Source: Methanobacteriota archaeon
Lineage (GTDB): Archaea > Thermoplasmatota > Thermoplasmata > Methanomassiliicoccales > UBA472
Length of the DNA: 64,000 bases
Assembly: GCA_021372315.1 (NCBI GenBank)
Contig: JAJFUT010000073.1
Coordinates: 29,677-93,676, forward strand
Direction: 5' to 3'
In this document: piece by piece, positions 45,737-53,091 of the stretch
Layout: every line of letters begins with the position of its first letter
How positions within the stretch are numbered: position 1 is the first letter of the stretch
The notes under the pieces: generated by a model
The model's input: only the letters and a program-made list of their open reading frames with translations
Told to the model about the DNA's origin: nothing
Databases searched by the model: none
Position numbers and translations under genes: made by a program

Positions 45737-47100
45737 TTCCCGATACCACCTTCGGCCATGCTCTTCAGCAGCGCAGCTGACATCGCCCCGAGCTTGCTCT
45801 CGGTCTCCAGATATTCCTTCGAAGGGACGGAATCGTAGACGATGCCTGCGCCGGACTGGAACCTCAACCTGTCCCTGCAGACGAAGGCGGAGCGGATGGA
45901 GATGGCCGAGTCTAGGTCCCCGTTGAGCGATAAGTATCCGACGGCTCCTGCGTACGGCCCTCTCGGCGCTTTCTCCAGGTCGGCGATGATCTCCATCGCC
46001 CTCGGCTTCGGTGCGCCGGAGACTGTGCCCGCCGGGAATACGGCGCAGAACGCGTCGACGGCATCGCACTCCTTTGCCAGCGTGCCCTGCACCTTCGAGA
46101 CCAGATGCTGCACGTGACTGAACTCCTCGACCTTCATGTAGTCGGCGAGGTGGACGGTTCCGATCTCGCAGACCTTCCCCAGGTCGTTCCTTGCGAGGTC
46201 GACGAGCATCGCATGTTCCGCCCTCTCCTTCTCGTCACCCTGCATCTCCTCCTTGAAATGCCTCCGCTCCTTCATGTTCTGACCGAGCGGTCTCGTCCCT
46301 GCGATCGGGTACGTGAAGACCTCCCCGTCCTTTACAGTGACGAGCGTCTCCGGACTGGAACCGAGGACCTTCCTCTCCCCGAAGTCCAGATAGAACATGT
46401 ACGGCGAGGGGTTCACCGTCCTGAGGTCCTTGTACAATACGAAGGGGTCGCCCGATATCTCATGCTCCACGGCCCTGGAGACGACGATCTGGAAGGCCTC
46501 TCCCTCGGCGACCTTCTCCTTCGCCTTCGAGACGTTCGACTCGAACATCGGCCGGGGGGTGAGGTCCTTCGCCCTGCCGACCATCATCCTCCGCCTGTCC
46601 ACCGTGAGGTCCATGTTACCGAGCATCTTCCTAAGGGCGTCCGAGCCGTCGATGGAGAAGTAGTAACATCTGAACTTGGAATGGTCGAACACGACCCCTT
46701 CCTTATACATGCCCAGCTCGAAGTCGGGGAAGGAGCGGTCCCTCATGAAATGGACCTTCTCCTCGAGGTATCTGGCGAACTCGAACGAGAAATAGCCGAC
46801 GAGGCCGCCGACGAACGGGAACGTCCTGTCCTCGATCCTATCGTCGGCAATGACCTTCTTGATCGCCTCGACCGGCCCCATATCGGCAACGTCCGGACAA
46901 CCGGTGACGTTTCCGTCCTCGCACCTGAGGACGAACTTCGGGCAGCAGCCTATGAAGGAGTACGAGACGACCCGGTCTGCACCGACGGCGCTCTCTAGCA
47001 GGAACGAGGTCCTTGACCTCGACGAGACGTTGGAATAGAGCTCGATCGGCGTAAGGTTCGTCGAAAGGGGCTCGATATCGATCCCATCAATGCGATTCAT
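45733..47100 (-). CDS. trpE: Anthranilate synthase component I
   Basis: LLESA..., FPAGTVSGAPKPRAMEII, YAGAVGY, and GAGIVYDS near the C-terminus. Confidence 0.95.
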   Translation of the reverse strand: MNRIDGIDIEPLSTNLTPIELYSNVSSRSRTSFLLESAVGADRVVSYSFIGCCPKFVLRCEDGNVTGCPDVADMGPVEAIKKVIADDRIEDRTFPFVGGLVGYFSFEFARYLEEKVHFMRDRSFPDFELGMYKEGVVFDHSKFRCYYFSIDGSDALRKMLGNMDLTVDRRRMMVGRAKDLTPRPMFESNVSKAKEKVAEGEAFQIVVSRAVEHEISGDPFVLYKDLRTVNPSPYMFYLDFGERKVLGSSPETLVTVKDGEVFTYPIAGTRPLGQNMKERRHFKEEMQGDEKERAEHAMLVDLARNDLGKVCEIGTVHLADYMKVEEFSHVQHLVSKVQGTLAKECDAVDAFCAVFPAGTVSGAPKPRAMEIIADLEKAPRGPYAGAVGYLSLNGDLDSAISIRSAFVCRDRLRFQSGAGIVYDSVPSKEYLETESKLGAMSAALLKSMAEGGIGK

Positions 47101-47109
47101 GTAAAAAGG

Positions 47110-47155
47110 TGTACATCAATAACCATATTTAATCATTGTTGTATAAATTTATACA
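47110..47155. promoter_or_regulatory. trpE / flavoprotein divergent promoter: a TGTACA hexamer plus a perfect 16-nt palindrome TGTATAAATTTATACA that carries back-to-back TATA boxes
   Basis: TGTACA at 47110-47115 and TGTATAAATTTATACA at 47140-47155, read directly. The palindrome is exact. Confidence 0.5.
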
Positions 47156-47218
47156 TTTTAAGCGGCCCCCTTGACCGGACAAAAAGATATTTGGCACATG
47201 CGATGCTGATACGGTCAC

Positions 47219-47794
47219 ATGAAGGTCATAGCGTTCAACGGAAGCCCGAGGAAGAACGGGAACACCAGGCGGGCATTGGAGATCGTCCTGGAGAGGATCG
47301 AGGCAGAGGGCATAGAGACCGAGCTAATCGACATAGCGATGAGACCATTGGAGCCATGCCACGCCTGCGGAACATGCGGACGGAACAGGGACCGGAAGTG
47401 CATATATGACAAGGATAAGCTCAACCTATGGATCGAGAAGATATGCGAGGCCGACGGGTTCATCATCGGTTCGCCGACGTACTTCGGCAACATGACCCCC
47501 CAGACCAAGGCGTTCATCGACAGGGTCGGGTTCGTGACCCGCGCTAACGGGCCCCTCTTGAAGAGGAAGGTCGGGGCGGCCGTCGCCGTGAACCGCCGTG
47601 CCGGAGCGTTGGTCACGTTCCAGGACATCAACAATCTCTTCCTCATCAGCCAGATGATCGTTCCAGGCAGCAGCTACTGGAACATCGTGACGGCATTGGA
47701 CCCCGGTGATATCGAGAACGACGCCGAGGGCGTGCAGACGATGAGAACTCTTGGCGAGAACGTCGCTTGGCTCGTGAGGAAGCTGAAGGAGTGA
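47219..47794 (+). CDS. Iron-sulfur flavoprotein (Isf) / FMN reductase family, paralog 3
   Basis: MKVIAFNGSPRKNGNT, CHACGTCGRNRDRKC (C-x2-C-x2-C-x7-C), GSPTYFGNMTPQTK. Confidence 0.85.
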   Translation: MKVIAFNGSPRKNGNTRRALEIVLERIEAEGIETELIDIAMRPLEPCHACGTCGRNRDRKCIYDKDKLNLWIEKICEADGFIIGSPTYFGNMTPQTKAFIDRVGFVTRANGPLLKRKVGAAVAVNRRAGALVTFQDINNLFLISQMIVPGSSYWNIVTALDPGDIENDAEGVQTMRTLGENVAWLVRKLKE

Positions 47795-47831
47795 AAGGGC
47801 AGTTTGAAATATCCGCTGCTCCGTCGAATCG

Positions 47832-47990
47832 ATGGCGAAGAAAATGTCCGAGGTCAAGAAGGAATCGGTCTGCCCTATCTGCGACACCTACAACATGAAG
47901 GGCATGTGGCAGTGCGAATGTGGATTCATGAACCTCTCGAAGGACGCGAAATGCCGCAAATGCGGGAAGGCCAGGGAGAACGGTCCCTGA
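47832..47990 (+). CDS. 52-aa zinc-finger protein (RanBP2-like Cys spacing)
   Basis: Below the ORF-track size cutoff. ATG 47832 to TGA 47990 gives MAKKMSEVKKESVCPICDTYNMKGMWQCECGFMNLSKDAKCRKCGKARENGP, with CxxC...WxCxC-x3-N-x6-CxxC. Confidence 0.5.
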   Translation: MAKKMSEVKKESVCPICDTYNMKGMWQCECGFMNLSKDAKCRKCGKARENGP

Positions 47991-48011
47991 GACCATCCTT
48001 TTACGTTCCCC

Positions 48012-48293
48012 TTACGATGCCAGCATCTTTTTCAGGGTATCGTAGTCTATGCTCAGTCCTATCACGTCGCCGACCATCGCGACCTGATCGGTCCTGATCT
48101 TGATCATCGCGGTGGACTTGAACAGGCCGGTCTTGACCTTCAGGTCCTTCGCCACGACTTTTTGGATGGTGACGAAAAGCTCATCCACCTTCCACGTCTC
48201 CGTGTTCATGTCGCATCCCGTCATCGTTCCTACGTTGCGCATGTCCTTTGTAACGACTGGTTTCTTGTCAGTTGTAGCTAGCTCGATTGCCAT
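48012..48293 (-). CDS. PRC-barrel domain protein
   Basis: 93 aa, beta-rich. VVTKDMRNVGTMTGCDMNTETWKVDELFV resembles the PRC-barrel pattern. Confidence 0.5.
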   Translation of the reverse strand: MAIELATTDKKPVVTKDMRNVGTMTGCDMNTETWKVDELFVTIQKVVAKDLKVKTGLFKSTAMIKIRTDQVAMVGDVIGLSIDYDTLKKMLAS

Positions 48294-48439
48294 CTCTTAC
48301 CCTCTGAGGTTATGGTAGACATCTTCCAGCTTTTAAATATTTTGCACGTATAATATAAATTGATAGTCGAAAAAAACAAAAATATTATTCCAGGATGCCT
48401 GAGCGTTCGGCATCCCGTGACATATCCTAAGGGCCCACT

Positions 48440-48775
48440 TCCTTGAGACATCCGCCGCCAGTTCCTTGGCCAGGCCTTCGCCTTCTCCGTCTCTCCGGCC
48501 TCCTTGAAGTGATATCCTTCCTTTCCTCCGACAACATACGAATGGAGCGGGGTACCGACCAGTGCGAACCCGGCCTTCGTCGGCATCGGGGACATCTTCT
48601 TTTTCGCGTTTCCTTTGAACGCTGAACGCATCTTCGTGTCGAAGGTCATCGCCATCTTCCCGGCGAGCAGCTTTCCATTCAGTCCCTCCAGGTAGCCCTT
48701 CATCGGTCTCGACATGTTCCATGCTGTCGTAGGCGTGCAAACCTCCGATCGTCCGCTGTCGCGACCGATGGACAT
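48440..48775 (-). pseudogene. Flavodoxin/FMN-reductase-like gene remnant (5'-truncated, probable frameshift near the 3' end)
   Basis: CTPTTAWNMSRPMKGYLEGLNGKLLAGKMAMTF resembles G[ST]PTY..nm...mK.flD....l.GK of flavodoxin-fold proteins, but no N-terminal FMN-loop half exists upstream. The frame then runs through AT-rich intergenic DNA, while an alternative frame reads GLAKELAADVSRKWA. Confidence 0.35.
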
Positions 48776-48831
48776 TTGTCCAATAGGTCAGGTTAATGAA
48801 CCTTGCTACCCATACGGGTATCGCTAGTTTC

Positions 48832-50697
48832 ATGACAGTGAGCGATTGGAGGAAGAGGTACAAGTCGAAGGTCTGCTCGCCCCAGGATGCGGTGCAGCAC
48901 ATCAGGCGAGGGGATACCATCTTCATCGCGACGGCATGCGGCGAGCCGCAGGCGCTCGTCAAGGCCATGGTCGCAGAGGCCGAGTCCCTTGCGGACAACG
49001 AGGTGATCCAGACCTTATCCATAGGTCCCAACACGTTCGCAGAGGAGAGGTTCGCGAGCCAGTTCCGTCTCAACGCTCTTTTCATAGGCCCGGGCACGAG
49101 GGAGGCCGTCAACCAGGGCAGGGCCGATTACACTCCGATATATCTTTCCGAGATCGAAAGGCTGTTCGAAACGGCCACCATCACCATCGAGGTGGCGTTG
49201 ATCCAGGTGTCACCACCGGACGAGGACGGCAACTGCTCGCTAGGCGTCAGCGTCGACATCACCAAGAGCGCCGCGGAGCACGCGGACATCGTCCTGGCGC
49301 AGGTGAACGAGAACATGCCTCGGACAAAGGGCGACTCGTTCATCCACGTCAACGAGATAGACCATCTGGTCGATCTGACGGAGCCTCTGCTCGAATGGGT
49401 ACCGGAAAGGGAGGAGGACCCGGAAGTATTGGCGCGCATAGGCAGGCATCTCTCCGAGCTCGTCCAGGACGGTTCGACGATCCAGATAGGTTACGGGACG
49501 ACGCCCGACGCGGTCCTCAAGCATCTGGGCAGCAGGAAGGACCTGGGCGTCCACACCGAAGTGTTCTCCGACGGGCTGATGGAGCTGGCGAAGGTCGGCG
49601 TCGTCACCGGTAGCAGAAAGACCGTGCATCCAGGAAAGATGATAGCCTCGTTCGTGATGGGGACGAAGGAGCTGTACGCCTGGGTTAACAACAACGACGC
49701 CATCGAGATGCATCCGTCATCCTACACGAACGATCCTTTCGTCATAGCGAAGAACGACGACATGGTGTCGATAAACACCGCCCTGTCGATCGACCTGACG
49801 GGGCAGGTCTGCGCCGATCAGATCGGCCACCGGTTCTTCTCAGGGCTCGGAGGTCAGGTGGATTTCATGCGCGGGGCCGCCCGCGCCAGGAACGGCAAAC
49901 CCATAATCGTGATGCCCTCGACCGCCAGGGATGGCATGGTATCGAGGATCGTTCCGCATCTGGAGGAGGGTGATAGCGTCACCACACCGCGCGGGGACGT
50001 GCACTACGTCGTCACCGAGTACGGCGTGGCCGAGCTCCACGGGAAGAGCATCATGCAGCGCACCCTCGCCCTGATCGAGATCGCGCACCCGAAGTTCAGG
50101 GACGAGCTGTTGGCGCACGCCAAATCGTTGCATCTCATATTCGCCGACCAGGCGGGGACCTCGATCAAGTCCATCTATCCAGAGCAGTACGAGATGGTCG
50201 CCCGGCTCAAGGACCTGGACGTCTATATAAGGCCGGCCAAGGCATCGGACGAGACCCTGCTGAGGGAGCTATTCTATTCGTTCAGCGACACGACGGTGTA
50301 CTCTCGATACATGGCGCCCCGCAAGTCCTTCTCGCACACGGAGCTGTCGAGCATCGTCGACATCGATTACGTCGAGCGCATGACGATGATCGCGCTGATC
50401 AAGGAGAGGGGGACATGGAAGGCCGTAGGCGTCTCGACGTTCGACATGGACCGTCCGTCGAACACGGCCGAGGTGTCGTTCATCGTCGCGGACAGGATGC
50501 AGGGGAAGGGCATCGGGACGAGGCTCATGGAACAGATGATAAAGGCCGGGAGGGACCGTTCGATCAAGGCGTTCACGGCCGAGACGCTCGCGGAGAACGT
50601 CAAGATGCTGGATATATTCTATAGGACGGGGTACAAGGTCGAGACGAAGCTCATCGAGGACACGTACATCGTCAAGATGGACCTGTGGCAGAAGTGA
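48832..50697 (+). CDS. Acetyl-CoA hydrolase/transferase-family domain fused to a Pat-type GNAT acetyltransferase domain
   Basis: N-terminal about 430 aa: SPQDAVQHIRRGDTIF, EVFSDGLMEL, FSGLGGQVDFMRGA, VVTEYGVAELHGKS (CoA-transferase family). C-terminal: YIRPAKASDETLLRELFYSFSDTTVYSRYM...VDIDYVERMTMIAL...AEVSFIVADRMQGKGIGTRLM (GNAT of the Pat/AcuA type). The ORF opens at 48796; the start is probably MTVSDW at 48832. Confidence 0.85.
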   Translation: MTVSDWRKRYKSKVCSPQDAVQHIRRGDTIFIATACGEPQALVKAMVAEAESLADNEVIQTLSIGPNTFAEERFASQFRLNALFIGPGTREAVNQGRADYTPIYLSEIERLFETATITIEVALIQVSPPDEDGNCSLGVSVDITKSAAEHADIVLAQVNENMPRTKGDSFIHVNEIDHLVDLTEPLLEWVPEREEDPEVLARIGRHLSELVQDGSTIQIGYGTTPDAVLKHLGSRKDLGVHTEVFSDGLMELAKVGVVTGSRKTVHPGKMIASFVMGTKELYAWVNNNDAIEMHPSSYTNDPFVIAKNDDMVSINTALSIDLTGQVCADQIGHRFFSGLGGQVDFMRGAARARNGKPIIVMPSTARDGMVSRIVPHLEEGDSVTTPRGDVHYVVTEYGVAELHGKSIMQRTLALIEIAHPKFRDELLAHAKSLHLIFADQAGTSIKSIYPEQYEMVARLKDLDVYIRPAKASDETLLRELFYSFSDTTVYSRYMAPRKSFSHTELSSIVDIDYVERMTMIALIKERGTWKAVGVSTFDMDRPSNTAEVSFIVADRMQGKGIGTRLMEQMIKAGRDRSIKAFTAETLAENVKMLDIFYRTGYKVETKLIEDTYIVKMDLWQK

Positions 50698-50869
50698 GCC
50701 ATATCTGAGGTCGACATTTCCCGATCAATTAATACTCTGGCTTCGAGCGCCGCTCATCTCAGACCTAATCTTATTCTGACAATGATATGATTCGGCCGAC
50801 CGCGAAGAACATCGGCCGACGAACCGTTGGGGGTCCTTATCGTGCGGGCCCATCACCTTTTTTCACAGT

Positions 50870-51298
50870 TCAGCCCTGCATCTTCTTCTTGATCTTCCTG
50901 CCCTCTTTCACAACATCGTCCTTTAGGTCCTTGGCGGCTTCCTTCATTTCATGTCCTACCATCTTCGCATCTTCCTTCACGTGTCTTCCGCTTCCCTTGA
51001 GGTCCTTGCCAAGGTTCTTCGCGTCATCTCTAACATGTCCGCCACTACCTTTGAGGTCTTGGCCAATGTTCTTGGCATCAGTCTTGAAGTTCTTTCCGGC
51101 CTCTTTCATCTCATGGCCTGCCGTCTTGGCGTCGTTCTTCAGGGTCGTTCCCGCTGCCTTGATGCTGCGGCCCGTCCTCTTGGCATCGTCCTTCAGGTTC
51201 ATTCCAGCCACCTTGATGTCGTGACCCGTCTTTTTAGTCCTGGCTGATACCTTGTCATCGAATGATTGCTTGTTGGTCTTGTCTTCCATCATTTTCAC
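50870..51298 (-). CDS. Small hydrophilic protein built from 18-aa tandem repeats (LEA/CsbD-like stress protein)
   Basis: Five full repeats of G-x2-[LFV]-[KR]-x-DAK-x2-G-x2-[ILM]-K-x-[AS]: GMNLKDDAKRTGRSIKAA / GTTLKNDAKTAGHEMKEA / GKNFKTDAKNIGQDLKGS / GGHVRDDAKNLGKDLKGS / GRHVKEDAKMVGHEMKEA. Confidence 0.65.
   Translation of the reverse strand: MKMMEDKTNKQSFDDKVSARTKKTGHDIKVAGMNLKDDAKRTGRSIKAAGTTLKNDAKTAGHEMKEAGKNFKTDAKNIGQDLKGSGGHVRDDAKNLGKDLKGSGRHVKEDAKMVGHEMKEAAKDLKDDVVKEGRKIKKKMQG
50936..51205 (-). repeat. Five tandem 54-nt coding repeats inside the LEA/CsbD-like gene
   Basis: Derived from the 18-aa periodicity seen in the translation, residues 32-121. Confidence 0.7.
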
Positions 51299-51402
51299 CT
51301 TACAGGCGAACAGTGTGAGTCACAAGTAGATAATCATATGTTATCGAAAGCTAGATGTTTTTTTAAAGATGAAATTTTTTACGTGACCATTCGGACATGT
51401 AC

Positions 51403-53082
51403 CTACATCATGAGGACGTTCAGGACGAGGTCCACGATGTAGCCGGACACGGCGCCGACCCAGATCAGCAGGACGAAGTGCACGCCTGTCGTGGCGATGC
51501 TTCCGCCCTTCACGATAGGGATCATGATCGCCGAGAAGAATGCATGGATGATGATTATGGAGAAGACCATGATGTTCAGCAGGTCGACGTTGTACGACGC
51601 GTTGAATATGCTGTCCAAGAACCCCCCTGTCGGAATACCGGACGTGTCGACGTTCAGGTTCGTGACCACGTTGTTCATGTACTCGATGATTCCGATCGTG
51701 ATCCAAAGCGTGAATGCCAGCGAGACCATTATACCATAGAACACGCCGTAGAAACCTGAGCTTATCGACAGCCTCTTCTTCCTTATCGTCAGGACCTTGA
51801 AGAGGTTGTTGCTGATGAACGAGCTCGTCTCCTCCGGCTTTGATCCGGAGAGGACGCATTCCATGTAGATGCTGCTGAACCTCTTGATGAGGTTGCTGCT
51901 CGACTCGGCAGCGAAGTGCTCCCAGGACTTCCGGGGGTCGATGTACATGTTCAGCCTCTTCGACAGGTTCTCGACCATGCTCGTGAGCGGCCCGAACTTG
52001 TGCACGGCCAGGTTCTTCACCGCACCGGGCATCGTCTGCCCGCTGACGGACGACGAACGCCCGAGGGACCTGATGAACGCGCCGAATATCTCATCCCTCT
52101 TCTCGATCCTCTTCTCCTCCCTCATCATCAGTATGCCGGGGATGAGGACTGGCATGAATATCGAAGCGGCCATGAGCATAGGCGGGAGGTCGAAGTCCTT
52201 CAGCGTGATGAACAAGAGGAAAATACCGGCTATGGCCACGAACAGCGACAATATCAGGATGCGGTCCTTGTCGGATACGAGCCTCCCCTTTATCTTCTGC
52301 CTGAAGGGGTACCAGATGTCCTCCTTCGGGACCTTCGACAATATGAGGACGACGAAAAGGGCCTCCATGATGACGAACCCCACCACGACGCCAATCATGA
52401 GCTCGTCGACCATAGTCTGGCTCAGCAACGGTATGATGGCCACGAAGACGCAGATGAAGATGAGCGCGGTGACCGCGCCGGTGTATATCTCCTTCAGGAA
52501 ATCGACGTCCTTGAGCGAGGACTCGCATCGAAGGACGTACTCGTCCATCAGCACGTCGTGCTCGTTGTTCATGAAACGGTCGAGCGGCTCGCCCACGTCG
52601 ATGGCGTGGCTCAGTCTCGAGAAGAAGTCGTTCTCGAGCTTGCTCGGCGATTGCGAGGCGACGAAGGCGCATCCGACCGACACGGAGACGTTGTATAGCT
52701 TCATGAGCCGGTAGATCTTCTCGGAGTCCTTGGACAGTGGTCCGTACTCCTTCTTCTGGGACAGGATGTGGAATATCCTCTCGAAGCCCATGTCCGAAGT
52801 GGCCAGGGCTGCGAGCTCGGTGATGTACGAAGGCATGGTCCTGTCGATCTTGATCCTCCTCTGCGACGCCGAGACATAAGGCCATATGACGACGACCATG
52901 ACAAGGAAGTAGAATGACGCGAAGACGGCGAACAGGCTCGTCACTTCCATATATGGCCCGATGGAAAACCATGTGAGCGCCGGGAACGCGATCCCGAAGA
53001 TGCCGATCGTCAGTCCGAGAAGGGTGAGATACTTCTTCCGGTCCATCTCCATCGTGCTGAGGGCGAGCCGATACTTCATCAT
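51403..53082 (-). CDS. flaJ: Archaellum polytopic membrane platform protein FlaJ/ArlJ
   Basis: 559-aa membrane protein with two TadC/GspF-like halves, immediately downstream of flaI. Confidence 0.9.
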   Translation of the reverse strand: MMKYRLALSTMEMDRKKYLTLLGLTIGIFGIAFPALTWFSIGPYMEVTSLFAVFASFYFLVMVVVIWPYVSASQRRIKIDRTMPSYITELAALATSDMGFERIFHILSQKKEYGPLSKDSEKIYRLMKLYNVSVSVGCAFVASQSPSKLENDFFSRLSHAIDVGEPLDRFMNNEHDVLMDEYVLRCESSLKDVDFLKEIYTGAVTALIFICVFVAIIPLLSQTMVDELMIGVVVGFVIMEALFVVLILSKVPKEDIWYPFRQKIKGRLVSDKDRILILSLFVAIAGIFLLFITLKDFDLPPMLMAASIFMPVLIPGILMMREEKRIEKRDEIFGAFIRSLGRSSSVSGQTMPGAVKNLAVHKFGPLTSMVENLSKRLNMYIDPRKSWEHFAAESSSNLIKRFSSIYMECVLSGSKPEETSSFISNNLFKVLTIRKKRLSISSGFYGVFYGIMVSLAFTLWITIGIIEYMNNVVTNLNVDTSGIPTGGFLDSIFNASYNVDLLNIMVFSIIIIHAFFSAIMIPIVKGGSIATTGVHFVLLIWVGAVSGYIVDLVLNVLMM

Positions 53083-53091
53083 CTTCTTCCC

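Noticed and set aside
47804-48097. 97-aa plus-strand ORF from the track
   Set aside because: It is R/P/G/E-rich and reads into the convergent PRC-barrel gene. A shorter ORF in another frame (47832-47990) gives a coherent Cys-rich zinc-finger protein and is preferred.
48333-49112. 259-aa minus-strand ORF overlapping the start of the CoA-transferase-GNAT gene
   Set aside because: Most of it is antisense to the well-supported plus-strand gene. Only its last roughly 25 codons may represent the displaced C-terminal helix of the flavodoxin-like remnant.
51869-52972. 281-aa and 260-aa plus-strand ORFs and a 293-aa minus-strand ORF within flaJ
   Set aside because: They are alternative or antisense frames of the polytopic flaJ gene. 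Their compositions (S/M/T-rich or R/H/E/D-rich) are frame-shift shadows of hydrophobic codons.
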